A stretch of DNA of 64,000 bases from Octopus vulgaris (GCA_951406725.2 OX597820.1:27528001-27592000); one strand, 5' to 3'. Positions 13,341-26,987 are shown, numbered from the stretch's first letter. Notes: a model not told the origin generated them from the letters alone. Made by a program: numbers and translations.

Positions 13341-13914
13341 GTCTCCGTAGGTAAAACGGAGTAGGTTCAGGTTGACTACTTTCAATCTTCATTGAGAAAT
13401 CATCACTAAGTTCCTTCTTTTCTGTAACTATCCACAGGAATATTGTATCCGTTTATAATCACTATTATTAAGGGTTTTAGTACCTCGAGTATATAAATGC
13501 ATACTTAGCAACAAGTTTGATAAATAAATTACCAACGCCTTAGTCTTGGGCGTCTTTGACGTTATGATGTCATTCCTTACGTTTCATTCAGTTTCAGTTC
13601 ATACATGGATGTTTGGCTTAAAAATCTATGGGATTATTTTGTAGTACCTCATAACCTCAAATATACTTTCAGTTTTTGATACATCTTTTACTTTTATTTA
13701 CAATCAAAACACTTCCTTAGATTTACTTGGTACTTTTTCCTACTATAGTCAAGTAACTTTAGTTATGGCACTAATAAAAAGAAATTATGAAGTAGCAAAT
13801 CTAGAGGGAATATTTCAAAACAAAAAACCTAATATGTCCCTTATTGAATAATAACTTTTTTCTGAATCTTTCCTATTTGATGATATTGGATCACTTTAAT
13901 TATGACTAATGATA

Positions 13915-14131
13915 ATGGTTTGATATCTTGGCACAATGCCAGCTAATTTAGAAGAGGGTCTTAGTGAATTACATCCGTTTAAGTGTTCAGGTGATACATC
14001 ATATTTCATCGATCCCGAAAAATATGAGGGATAAAATCGCCCTCGGTGGAACTTAAACTCAGAACGCAAAGAACGGGAAGAAGTGCTGCTAAGCATTTTG
14101 TCCGGCGCACGGACGATTCTGCAGGTTCGCA
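13915..14131 (-). mobile_element. SINE family C, diverged
   Basis: Reverse-complement similarity to 6757-6961. Confidence 0.75.
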
Positions 14132-14275
14132 GCCCAAATAGTAAAGATTATTATTTGTCAGAATTTTCATATACAAAGTCATACTATAAATATTGTAAAA
14201 AGTACCTTTCGAGCGTTGAGTCTCGTGGAAGCAGTGACAAGTTGCCGAGACCTTTGGCGATACACCGTACTTGAA

Positions 14276-14670
14276 GGCGGCGAGCTGGCAGAATCGTTAG
14301 CATGCCGGGCGAAATGCTTAGCGGTGTTTCTTCTGCCATTACGTTCTGAGTTCAAATTCCGCCGAGGTCAATTTTGCCTTTCATCCTTCCGGGGTCGATA
14401 AATTAAGTAACAGTTACGCACTGGGGTCGATATAATCGACTTAATCCGTTTGTCTGTCTTTGTTTGTCCTCTCTGTGTTTAGCCCCTTGTGGGTAGTAAA
14501 GAAATAGGTATTTCGTCTGCCGTTACGTTCTGAGTTCAAATTCCGCCGAGGTCGACTTTGCCTTTCATCATTTCGGGTTTGATAAATAAGTACCAGTTAC
14601 GTACTGGGTCGATCTTATCGATTGACTCCTCCCCCCAAACTACGGGCCTTGTGCCTCGAGTAGAAAAAGA
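14276..14670 (+). mobile_element. SINE family C, two body units with two different tails
   Basis: Head + body + tail 1 (..GTAAAGAAATA, to 14506), then body + tail 2 (CCTCCCCCAAA..GTAGAAAAAGAT). Confidence 0.88.
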
Positions 14671-14679
14671 TATACCGTA

Positions 14680-14945
14680 CTTGAGAAGACCTGTCAAGCC
14701 AAGAGAGATAGTAGTCGTGGCCGATGCCGGTGCCACGTAACCAGTACTCGTGTCGGTGGCACGTAAAAAGAACCCACTACATTCTTGGAGTGGTTGGCGT
14801 TAGGAAGGGCATCCAGCCGAAAAAAACGTGCTAAATCAGATTGGAATCTGTTGCAGCTCCCCGGCTTATCAGTTCTCAGTCAAACGGTCCAACCCATGCC
14901 GGCATGGACAACAGATGTTAAATGATGTTGCTGGTGCTGATGAGG
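14680..14945 (+). mobile_element. 3' portion of a SINE with an RTE-type tail
   Basis: GGTTGGCGTTAGGAAGGGCATCCAGCCG and AACCCATGCC..GTTAAATGATG end motif typical of RTE-mobilised SINEs. Confidence 0.6.
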
Positions 14946-15972
14946 ACTTCTGTAATTCAGTGGTATTTTATTATACCGTCTCTGTAAGAATGAAACACAA
15001 ATTGGACGTAGACAAGATTTAAATTCATAATATAAACGAACATGTCTAAATTTCGAAAGGCATTTGTATTAAATCGTTTCATCTATAGTCCCCAGTGTAA
15101 ATTCATTGCACAACGTCTTTTCTAATTATGCCTCGTTTTCTTTTATTCTATTGTGCAATCCAATGCGGATATTCTGTCGTTGCAAGCAGAGAACCACAGA
15201 AATATTAAACCTGCTACAAACACTTTACATGTAAGTTCAAAATATTAACATTATTTCAAATATATCACCTAACCTGTTAAACGGACTCAGTAGACGAAAT
15301 GGCATTTTTGAGAGTAGTTGCATAAGTTATCAAAAAAGAGCCTCCCCACTAAAATCAATCAAACAAACAAAAGCCCATGTCTGTCCGTGAACAATAGTAA
15401 GATCTCAGGTGTCTATCATATGGCGGCATGACATCTACTCTGCTGACATGAAATTAGTCTCTGTCGCTCGTCTCAGACGATACGCTATTAGTCATACTAC
15501 AAATCAGTTCAGTCAGTGAGTGTAGTACGATAATCAGATTTTCATTTCAGATTGCATAAAAGAATAATGATAATGATGATGATGATGATGATGATGATGA
15601 CCGGGATGATTGTCACGATGACGTTGATATGGACGTGATAAGGACGATGAGTAAGAAAAAAAAATGCGGGAGAAGAAAGCTTTCGATGGAAATACGGTCA
15701 ATTTTATTGAACAAATTTTATAATCGATGACATCGACTGGACCTGTATAAATTAACCTTCTACTTAGTCATCATATCAGCAACATTATCAGTCTCCCATT
15801 GTTATCCATTGTTGGTGACTCTATGCCATTAATCAATCTTTATCGTTACGACATGACTTCTCTCCGCACTCAGCAACAAATTTGTATTCATTTCTATGTA
15901 TACCTTTTATTCTTCGCTTGTCTTTTTACTTCTTACTATTCATGACCAGGCGAGACGATATTTCTTCTGTTC

Positions 15973-16038
<66 letters not shown>

Positions 16039-16456
16039 GTTATTATTATTATTATTGTTATTGCTATTATTATTATTATCATTATTTTATTTGTAAGTTT
16101 GTTGTTTCTATTAAAACATAATTTTAAGTATTATCGAATGGCGGAACGTCAGACGAATTACCTTTCCGTATCAGTCATGGCTCTCTGCCATCTGTGTTCA
16201 AATTCTAATAAGGTAAGCTTTGCCTTTCCTTTCCCACGTGTTAATAAATGAGGGCCAGAAAAGTTGATTTCTGTCAGCTTGTCTACCTGTTCTCTTTTCT
16301 CTGTATCGATTACGTCACACCGTGAGAGGCGTTGCGGCAATCGTTCCTTTCTCCAAAATTGAAGGAAGTAGACAACGGAGCAGGGGACATTATATAAAAA
16401 CTAAAATGCTACGGGAAGCTTTTTGTATTTCTGTACAAAAGGTCGGTATCGGTGGA

Positions 16457-16870
16457 TTCTTATTTCTCTATTGCCCACGAGGGGCTAAACATAGAGGGGG
16501 CAAACAAGGAAAGACAAAGGGATTACGTAGATTACATCGATTCCAGTGCGTAAATGGTACTTAATTTATCGACCCCGAAAGGATAAAACGCAAAGTCGAC
16601 CTCGGCGGAATTTGAACTCGGAATGTAACGGCAGACGAAATATCTGTTTCTTTATTACCCACAAGAGGCTAAACATAGAGGGGACAAACAAGGACAGACA
16701 AACAGATTAAGTCGATTACATCGACCCCAGTGCGTAACTAGTACTTAATTTATCGACCCCGAAAGGATGAAAGAAGGCAAAGTCGACCTCGGGGAATTTG
16801 AACTCAGAACGTAGCGGCAGACGAAATACCGCAGAGCCTTTCGCCAGGCTAACGTTTCTGCCAGCTCACC
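16457..16870 (-). mobile_element. SINE family C with tandemly duplicated body
   Basis: Two units (about 16457-16645 and 16646-16830) plus head. Confidence 0.88.
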
Positions 16871-18289
16871 GATACCAGCGATACCGTCGGTATGGGTGGT
16901 TTCTGTTAACCCCAGTACAGCGCATCATGGCTGATCCCTAGAGATATGAAGAAAGGTGTAACGTCAACAGTACACGACTGGGTTGTATTTATCGAGTTGC
17001 AAAAATATGAATGATTAAAGTTACCTCGCTGGCATTTGAATTGAGAGCACATTGAGTTAGAATACTCCAAGGAATTCCATTCAAAGCCCCAAGGATCTGC
17101 CAATTCGTCGCCATACGAATCAGTTGCTAAAGTTAATAACTATCCTCCTTTCCTTCGGTCCTCAACCCTTGATGGAGCTGTAGGGGACCAATTGAGCCAC
17201 ACAGTGTGTCTTAGGCTTGTGTTAGAAAGTAGTGTTTATCAGTATTGCAGTCATGTGTCTGACGAAAATTTTAGTAGTCCAGAGAAAAATCATTTTAGCT
17301 TTTTAATTCAAAACCAGACATCTAGCTCGTAAAATGTATGATGCTCTTTCTATGACTTATATTATTCTCCTTGTCGAAAGGGGAATTGCATCGTCTTGAC
17401 ATCGCTTGTTTATTTTTCTTGTTGCCGTAGGACAACAAAAAAGTGAGATGGAGTCAGATATAACTAGCTACAGAAGGAAGAAGTGGTATCGCTCAGAGAA
17501 AGGCGAACGATAGAAGAATTTTACGAATAACATTGTTAACAATGAAATACGTTGTTCAGTGAGAGTTTGACCTAAACACCAGCATTTATGAAATTTTAAT
17601 ACGTTGTATTCAATGATTTTGGTTAAATTTGCAGCTGAATTTTGCTTAATATTTATGATACTGTTTATAACACTTCAATTTAATAAAATGCTAATTTTTC
17701 AATAATACCAATTTCTTGTCTAGCACATTTATCTTTACTCAAATTTATAATTAAAAAATGTGAAATATCCCCATCACACATGCATGCATACACACAAAAC
17801 ATTTGTTAGGCATTACATATATTATATAATAACAGTTTGACACAGCTCTGTATAAATTAAAGTTTCGTACGCTTATAGAACAAATCTAACTTGTGAGACA
17901 GCTACGAAGAGTAACAGAATATGACAAAATTGAAGATGTTTTTTACCTGTCTGGCCACTACTGAACACGACGTCAAGTTATTGGTTGGAAGAGGCACCAA
18001 TTATTTTCTTTATTCTTAGGTCACCGTGGTAGAACAGGATGTTGGTACGCAGCTGTCGCTGCTATGTCCCCGAAGGTGCAGTATTGTTAATTTAGCAATA
18101 TCTATCACTTGATTTTAATGCTACACATTTGCAGGGCGGCATTTTTTGGCAGTTTGGTGAACTAACACACCACGTCAAGATAAGTTAGACCTGCTTAGAT
18201 AACATCGCGTCCAACATCGCAAGGCATTAAAGGCGCAAGCTCGCACTTACACAACCTTCAGAACACTGGCTCATCAATAATATTCGAAG

Positions 18290-18830
18290 CACTACCAACT
18301 GCTTACTGGGAAGATTCTACTACTTAAGGGCTGTGGTCCATAAATCCACGCTCAAACCATGTGATAAACTTACAAGACATTACACAAACATGATAGTCTA
18401 TAACTTCGCAGGAAGGTATACACAGTATTTACACTTCTTCAGTTGCAGGAATAGGGAAACACCCACCCATTTCTCGAATGGATTATTATTGATAGGACCC
18501 CTCCATTCTCATCTCGAGCTCATAATTGACAACTCCGCCTTCCCAAGACAACACATGCAACAACAAGCTGCAGTATCTACTGACAGGAAGAATGAGCTAT
18601 CATATTGTTGCTATAAGATGTATGCCCAGTTAATGAATATAAAGCCACTGCCAGCCAACAATCCATATATGCCATCACAGACTTGGCTGTTCCAAACAGA
18701 AGGGTTCAATGTTCGATCCATCTGCACGTACCTTTGTTCATAAACTGGGTTCACTTAATACTTTGTTAAGTGGAATTTAATCAACCGAAATTGGGCAGAA
18801 ATAAGTGAATTAACTAAACAAATGTATGTC
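18290..18830 (+). pseudogene. Decayed PLE GIY-YIG endonuclease (Hydra-like type) plus 3' repeat
   Basis: VVHKSTL..RHYTNM..NFAGRYTQYLHFF, then in another frame EWIIIDRTPPFSSRAHN*QLRL. This matches the KW.I..RA..Y....C.LC pattern seen at 22660-22870 and 59450-59670. Confidence 0.55.
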
Positions 18831-19744
18831 TATGCTTGTATCTGTTTTCATGTTATGGGGGAGCAGTGGTGCCAATAAAAACCAGTGTGGTGTCAGGTAT
18901 AGTACTTTAGCAACCTGACAAACATCGACGAATAAAATAAGCGCCGCACTTAATATAATGAAGTAAATCACATGAACAATATTGCTGTAGTCCTGTCATT
19001 GAAACTTCTTGAAACTCCTAAAGAAATATAGTATAAAGCAAAAACAATGAAGATTTAGTTAGCAGGGCTAGCAACGTATATAATAATTTCATATCTCACG
19101 AAACGTTATTATTTTATATTGTTCCTTCTGTAACAGCTGGAGTCAAAATTAGCTTTTGCTTCAGCGCTAAAAGTACGTTTTATTGTTAAAAGTACACAGT
19201 TGGCTCTGCAACTGGGATGATTAATGGGAAATGATGTTGCTTTCAGGATGCAGATACTGTTTTTTTTTTTAAACTATGATTAAGCTGCACATTCAACGAA
19301 TGTTTAAAACCAAACATTGGCAATTGCTACACAGTAATGTAATTCTGGATGGAAGCTCGTTTATATACATTTAAAACAGTCAAAAGCGTCAGGGTTATGT
19401 CAAAGCCATTTGAAACACGGCCAAAATGTATGATGAAGTCGTTAAACATATGCCAATGTAAACCAAGTTAGAATAAAGAAGTCATATTGGAAGATACATG
19501 AATTGCTGCTATAAACGAAAACCAGGAATGAATTTGTGTGTGCGCGTGCGTGTGTACGTGTGTGTGTCTGTGTATGCATGTGTGTGTATGTATGTGTGTG
19601 TATGTGAGTACACTTTGTTAGAGTGGAAATACTTTAGAAAGTAATGTAGAAAGTAATGCGGTTTAATTTAATCGAAATATCTCCGGTCTCAAAAGATACG
19701 ATCCTTGTACACACACACACACGCACACACACACACATACACAG

Positions 19745-19805
<61 letters not shown>

Positions 19806-20214
19806 CATATATATAAATATAAAAGGAAATAATTTTATTCTCAAACGTAGGATAATGCCAATAATATAGCATGAACAGGATAAACAACCCATATTTTGCA
19901 GAAAAATATGTCGGCGGCCATACAAACATACACACACAAATATGTATGCATGTATATGAATCTATATATATGTGTGTGTGTGTGTGTGAGTGTGTTTTGA
20001 GATTTGGTTGGGAACTCTGTACATAGAGCACTTTTGGAAAATACAGGTCATTAAGTACTTTCGATAATATTCTCAACAACCTAAAAGAAATATTACACAC
20101 ACACACACACATACACACACATATACTCAAACAGACGGACACACATATCGAGCGTTCAAAAAGTGGAAAGAGACAGAACACATGAAAGAAAGATAGATCA
20201 ATAGATAGATAGAC

Positions 20215-20266
<52 letters not shown>

Positions 20267-20662
20267 TGATAGATAGATAAAAAGAGTGAGCGAAGGAGAA
20301 AGGGAGAGCGAGAGAGAGAGCGAGAGAGAAAGACTGAAAAGGTAGATAAGTTATATATAACCGTATTGCAGAGTGGAATAGTTCAGTTTTGTTCTATAGC
20401 ATTCTCCGCCGATTCTGCTTCATTTATGACATGCCCATTTTGGAAAACTGTGCCACTTGCACTCCTAGAATACAGTCAATTAAACATCTATACACATTCT
20501 TGAAACCAAAGAGATAATGCATATACCACGTATTGTCTTCAGAACGTTCGTATGCGTATAGGCACGTGTGTGTTTGAGTCTCGGTTCATGCCGAATGTTT
20601 GGCATCGTACACGTTCTATTAGTTTATATATGCGTGTATGTGTGTGTTTGTTTGTGTGTGTG

Positions 20663-20945
20663 TGTGAAGGCGCATGGCTTAGTAGTAAGGGTATTGCACT
20701 CGTGATTGCGAGATCGCGGATTGGTTTCTAGACCGAGCGTTGCGATGGGTTCTTGAGCAGAGCACTTCATTTCACGTTGCTCTGCGATCATTGCATCATC
20801 TGACACATAGCACACGGTTCACCTATATAGATGATTTGATGGAGGGAGTGAGCTTATGTGTTCACTATAAACAAATATTCGATGCGCTTGTTCGGCAAAA
20901 GATTGCCGGACGCGCACACATCGTCTAATGACGGGAGAGTTAGTG
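20663..20945 (+). mobile_element. tRNA-derived SINE, family D head with alternative tail
   Basis: GTGAAGGCGCATGGCTTAGT head and TTCTTGAGCAGAGCACTTCATTTCACGTTGCTC core shared with 34126 and 61852. Confidence 0.75.
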
Positions 20946-20961
20946 ATATATATATTTATGC

Positions 20962-21008
<47 letters not shown>

Positions 21009-21011
<3 letters not shown>

Positions 21012-21182
21012 CGGAGATGTACTCTTGCATAGCGAGATGCAACACGAAGTTTTGTCAGTGAACAGGTCGCGGTCTCAAAGCGACGAAAATATTTTGACAA
21101 AATAAATTTAAATGTTGAAGTGAATCGGACGGATTTTGTGTGTTTCTACAATGGCTTATAAACACCTTCCACGCTGCAATTG

Positions 21183-21186
<4 letters not shown>
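21009..21186 (+). mobile_element. Solo PLE-type terminal repeat inside (TA)n
   Basis: About 178 bp of complex sequence with pure (TA)n on both sides. Contains a hammerhead motif. Confidence 0.65.
21050..21102 (+). ncRNA. Type I hammerhead ribozyme motif, G3-C8 variant
   Basis: Helix I TTTTGTCA/TGACAAAA; core GTGAACA at 21058-21064 plus one extra G; helix II GTCGC/GCGAC; GAAA at 21085-21088; palindromic AATATT helix III; triplet TTT. Confidence 0.65.
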
Positions 21187-21247
<61 letters not shown>

Positions 21248-21610
21248 GGGAAAGAGGTGCTGCTGTGTCTCCAATTTGCTTATCGCAGTAAGTAAATGTT
21301 ATGCTCATTGCGTACATGTAGTTACTTGTCATAGAATTAATAATTAATTACACTGGAGTGACATTCCTCATTAATATGCACATGTAAAGTGAATATGAAG
21401 TGGATATAGAATGTGTAAATTATTCGAATCAGTAATCATGTCTATGTGTTTTATACATACATATATATACACACAGAATTATTATATTGATATTTATTTT
21501 TTTAGGAATTTATAGATTTGTTTATAACAACGTATGCATGAGTGCGTGTATGTACATGTATATATAGGCACACATACGCAATTATACACACACACACGCA
21601 CACACAAACG

Positions 21611-21644
<34 letters not shown>

Positions 21645-22379
21645 CATATACGTACAGACACTAATATTTGTGTGAATGTGTGCTTGTGTATATTTAATAA
21701 GGATACCATACATACTAAGATGTATACATAAATATACATGCTTATATATAAATAGATACACACACACACACACATATATATACATATACATACATATATA
21801 TAATTGCTTTGTTTGCTGATATATATATATATATATACACACATATATATGTAACTGTACCCATAGCTATGATCCATATTATATACACAATCAATATTTC
21901 GTATGTATTATGAATATATTATGCGATTTATGATGACTGAAATTAATGGCATATTCTTAACGTAATTAACTGTAACTAGCAATGTGAAGACGTTCACTGC
22001 CAACTTTTTGCACTCTACTTGACACCAGCAATAATATATATACTAATATGTTTTATTGATCTTCACTATGATTTCATGTCCTCCTCAACTAAGGTTTCTG
22101 GAATAATAATCTCAATGAAAATGAGCTTGGATGTAAAATCATATTTGTCAACGATCTATTGAAGTTTATTATATAGATATGGAGTGAAAATTCAAAACCG
22201 CTTTTAAACTCTGTATACATTTTCCTTGTATTACTTCTAATTTAGAAAATATAACTTTTACATCTATAGCTCAAGTGTTTTGAGTATCTAGACACGTGAG
22301 AAGACCTCATGTTTGAAAATGTGGTTGGGAATTGACAAACGATTTTGGATCCCTTTTGAGATCCACAGTACTGAGGTTT

Positions 22380-23240
22380 ATGGTGCGTTGAAAGGCCGCA
22401 CAACTCTTAAGACGGAGAGCTGGTCTGAATGTTTGGGCCAGAGTTTAGCCGAATTCCGCTAAATGCACCCAAATACAAAACGGTGAAATTAAACAGGGTG
22501 CCTACCACCCCTGTTAACCACTCATCTATTTCTGATCACCGCATTAAACTTTGATATCTAAACAAAATTCTATATTCTAGTTAGACCCTTAGAAATGTTT
22601 TTGCTCACTACAGGACAGCATCTTCCTAGCCTAACATAGACATTCTAATATGGTCAGTAAATGGATCCATGTATGGCGGCTTAAGAATAATACAACCTCA
22701 TACGAAATTAAATGGAAGATCAAAGAGCGGCCGGGGGTCCTACATTAACAAGGTTGGTCGATGCAAGTCTGCATAGCAGAGCGATCAAGAATACTCAAGA
22801 ACACTGTGTCTATTTCAAATGCTAAAAGTGAGATTTATAGTCCATGCCTCCACTTGAAGCGTTACCTGCTGCAGGCATGGGATTCCTCACTCGAAAAGTA
22901 CCCGCATACTGAAAACAGTCTAGGAGCATAGATTCTCCTTTCGTCCCTTTCGCCACTTAAATCCATTTGCACTGGTTCAAGGGAAATAACTCGGTCAAGC
23001 CTCAAACACAGTTTTATCCTTTGTTTGCATATTAACTGACCGTATATGTGTGTGTACTTGAAGAGGGATATGCACCCACCACTGAGTCTGATGCGCCGTC
23101 TATAAGAACTGGTGCTTTATGAACGCAAAACCATTGGTCACGCTATAACCGGACATACATTTAATAGCCTGTAAATACATTACTGCTCTAACATCTAGAG
23201 TGCGCTTCTTTTTCGGATATATGATGATCTACTGACGATA
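22380..23240 (+). pseudogene. Decayed PLE 3' end (GIY-YIG C-terminus plus terminal repeat)
   Basis: HVWRLKNNTTSYEIKWKIKER..YINKVGRCK..CIAE..ILKN..NAKSEIYSPCLH across frameshifts. Decayed hammerhead at 23084-23143. Ends at (TA)n. Confidence 0.7.
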
Positions 23241-23260
23241 TGTATATATATATATACAGG

Positions 23261-23312
<52 letters not shown>

Positions 23313-23315
<3 letters not shown>

Positions 23316-23668
23316 GGTCCAATGCGTAAATTGCCGCCATTTTATGTTTTTAATTTCATGCATGCGCATTGTTTGCTTTTGATCTTAGCGACTTCACAGT
23401 AAAGCAGCTTTAGTTGGGCACCGTCTGTGGGAAAATCAGCACCATAACGCAATTCACTCTGTCAGAAATTTAGAAACGACATGCTCTACTGCCTGGAATT
23501 CGCGCTAGAAGCTCCAATACGAACATTTCAGTGTTTGGGTGTCAAACGGAGGACTGTGCAATCTGAGGTCATGTACCGAGAGTGATAAAGATCAAACATT
23601 AGTCAACATCATAGTGTTTGGAGTGATCACTAGTGATGGTGACATTATGCCTCCCTTCAGCTTCCCAT
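23313..23668 (+). mobile_element. Tc1/mariner (maT/DD37D-like) internally deleted fragment
   Basis: TA|CAGGGT TIR-like start after (TA)n. Peptide IIVFGVITSDGDIMPPFSFP at about 23608-23667. Confidence 0.6.
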
Positions 23669-23669
23669 A

Positions 23670-24610
23670 GCTGTCAACACACTTCCGCATAGCTGGCAAC
23701 ATACTTCCCTCATAACCACCTCACTCAGTACATGGAAGGCGGGAATCTACCAGGAAATCAATGTGGCTTCAAAGAGAACCGTGAGACGATCGACATGATC
23801 TGTGCAGCACATCAACTTCAGAAGTGTCAGGAAGAGTCTGCATCGGACTGATCGGTGTAGCCGGACACACCTACACATCCTCGGTAATCACTGACAACGA
23901 CAGACGATAGTTAGAGATGGTGGAAATGATAGCAGAATTACTCTCTTTACGGACATAGAATTATACGATCTTGATCACTTAGTTAACCCACGTCATGAAA
24001 CGAAGTCTACACGAGGATTATATGAGGATGCTACACGGGAAGATCTTCGATCTAATAAGGTGCATGATATGGAAGGCATACTTCTACAATGAAGCAACAC
24101 CGCGCTCGGAGGTCAACAGTTACAGCATCAGATTCAGAAGGTTTGCACCTAGAATCAAAGACCCTGAGGCCTTCGAAGCGACCCAACTGGGTATCAACTT
24201 CAAACTGAGATTCTGGAAAACTTCCAACCCTTTTTTAGCGCCAACTTTCTTCTGATATACTTCTTCTTATAAACTCTGATTGGGCTTTACTGTTCTCCGA
24301 TAAAACAAAGGGAAGGAAAAGGGAAGATACCATCCTGAATGATAGTGTATAAAAGAATAACAACTCACTAAATTATAGACAAGCTTCCCAACACAAATAC
24401 AGTCGCATAAACAACGAAGCTAAACAGTTAGCCAGCAATCCGGGAATATGGGACAGATTGAAAGAGTTAGCTACGAGAAATGCTTTTATTTCCATAAGAA
24501 ATCAGAAACCGAAATCGCCAAAAACGCAAAAACCCATGTAAATCGGAAATCGAACTGGTGAGCAAGCGTAATTTGAGAAAGAAACGATTACACTCCATAT
24601 GGCGTACTAC
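23670..24610 (+). pseudogene. Decayed 5' part of a PLE ORF (N-terminus and pre-RT region)
   Basis: LIRCMIWKAYFY..FAPRIKDPEAFE (ORF 23995-24255) and YRQA..INNEAKQLA..DRLKELATRNAFISIRNQKPK..PCKSEIELVSK resemble the N-terminal motifs of this PLE type. Confidence 0.65.
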
Positions 24611-24611
24611 T

Positions 24612-25173
24612 AATGAACTTATTTCATGGTTTAAGGATTGCCTTAAGAGGCAGGGCAAGGTTTTGTGAGATGCAAAAGTATTTTGAGGATGCAAAAGGCC
24701 TGTGTTTATTGAATATTTCGAAAGGGTCACACCATCAGCAGGGAGTACTATGTCAACATGTTCAGGCAGTTACGAATGGCTATCAAGAACAAAATCCAGG
24801 AAAACTGAAGGAAGGGGATTTCATCGGGAAAATGCTCAATAAAACAAGCCCTTAGTATCAATGTCTTTTGTGCGTCACTGTGGTTTTGAACTCGTTGATC
24901 AGATTTGGCCCCATCTAATTATCATCTGTTCTCGATCATGAAAAAAAACCCCATTTTACTGGAAACCAATATCGCAGTGATGATGATGTGTTATCTGCTA
25001 TTGGTGAGACTTTTGACCAGTGACTATTGAAGTCTTCTTTGAGCAATGAGATGTCACTTAAGTTTGAATGAAAAAAATGCAACTATTGAGAAGAACTGAC
25101 TTTAATGCTTGCAAAATTTCGCATGCTCTAGTGTCACTCTTTCAAAGACTGAACTTTTCTGCCCACCTTCGTA
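24612..25173 (+). mobile_element. Mariner 3' fragment
   Basis: GHTISREYY..QLR, GFELVD, DLAPSNYHLF. Right TIR GAACTTTTCTGCCCACCTTCG plus TA. Confidence 0.8.
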
Positions 25174-25288
25174 GCTAGATGCTTATGTGGTTCTAGAGTG
25201 AATACAATTATATATGTGTTGCGTAGTGATGGTAAATAGACATACATACGTATATACACAAATGAATATATATATATATACACATACA

Positions 25289-25333
<45 letters not shown>

Positions 25334-25737
25334 TGTATACATACATATATATATATATATATAATACATATGTGTATATTATACATATGTGTATACATAC
25401 ATATATATAGTTATGTGTATATATATGTATGTGTGTGTGTGTGTGTGTATAAGTATCTGTGTCTGTATGTGTGTGTATGCTTATTCCCTTTAAATCCGAA
25501 ATTAACGGAATACTGTATGTTGCTATTTTCATTTTAGATCCCATTCTATATATCGCTTGTAATAAGATGATCCTGTCCACTCTACTCGATAGAATATATA
25601 TCATTAGCTCTATACCAACCTTTTACACATTTCGCATACTAACAAAGTGCAATGCTTCTGAGGGAGTATAACACAATGATGGATGATCATGAGAGAAGGT
25701 GACTTCTTCAAGATATGCAAGTCATGCTTGTATGGGA

Positions 25738-25788
<51 letters not shown>

Positions 25789-26750
25789 GTGGGAGCATGA
25801 TTATCAAATATCTGCTCGTCCCTTTTGCCGTAATGCACCGAACAAAAATACTAATAAATAAGCATTACGTGACTTCATAAAATATTCTCTAGGTGTTGTA
25901 ACTTGAATTTTGATTAACGATAAACACAAAGAGTGTGTAACCCAACTTGCTAAATAGATGGTTCTTCCCTATACATGGCGTTAAAGTAGTTTTTAGTTAA
26001 GTGATTATGATTTATGAAAATTTCAGACCCTCCTGATTGTTCGTTCTTTTCTGTAACAGCCTGCTAGTTTTTGAGAATATTTCTTGCATATACTTAGAGG
26101 GTTTTGCGTAGTGGATGTCATATTGTGTTAGTGCCGTCTTTTATTGGCACTGACAGCTGTGCTTGCACAGTGGACCTACATGTATTTGGAGAGGAAACAC
26201 AAGGATGCACAATCATACGATCAATTTTAAAGGTTGTACGACCGGACAAGCCTAATCTACTGGATTATTTGTATCTACTTGTCTGACAAAATCGAGACAG
26301 ATATTTCTGAAGAAGCCCCATATATATATTTAGTTGACTTCATATCGTTCTGATGGTGAATCCATTGCCACAGAAAACAACAATTTGAACTATATTTTTT
26401 AAGATGGAAATTCTATATATTGATAAATACAGATGGATCTTGAATAGAGGGAATGGCAAATAAGAAACACAATAGTTAAGCAGTATTTCAATATTATTTT
26501 ATTTATATATCATAATACGTAACAGGAAGTAATTAAGTTACATATTTGGAAATATATCGTAGTTAATCAATACTTTATCCGAAAATATGTTTAGAAACAG
26601 GAAATTTCGTCTTTGTACTTTAATGACTGACATAGCCCACACACGTGTGCGCATTAATATATGCAATATTTATGTCTAAAGAAAGTACTCACACGCACAC
26701 ACACACACACACGCATGCACGTGCATACACACACACGCGCACACATATAA

Positions 26751-26930
26751 ATGGATCAAAACTGTTTGATTAAAATTCGTTGGTACTCTCGTGTTTCAAC
26801 CACGATGCTAGTCGTCGGTCATTTTGTATCTGAATGGTTGACGACATTCAAAGTCAAAATGGGTGACGACTAGCATCACGCTTGAAACGCATGCGCACCA
26901 ACGAATTTGAATCAAACTGTTTTGATCCAT
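26751..26930. repeat. Imperfect 180-bp palindrome with a decayed hammerhead in each arm
   Basis: ATGGATCAAAAC..GATGCTAGTCGTC / GACGACTAGCATC..GTTTTGATCCAT. Confidence 0.8.
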
Positions 26931-26987
26931 ACCTGTAACTCCCAATAAATTGGTTGAGTGCCCTTCTTCCGTTTGTCCACTCACTTG

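Noticed and set aside
18527-18529. TGA at a conserved Cys of a PLE endonuclease (possible selenocysteine, as in some Naiad PLEs)
   Set aside because: The same copy has other stops, frameshifts and loss of the second Cys, so simple decay explains it.
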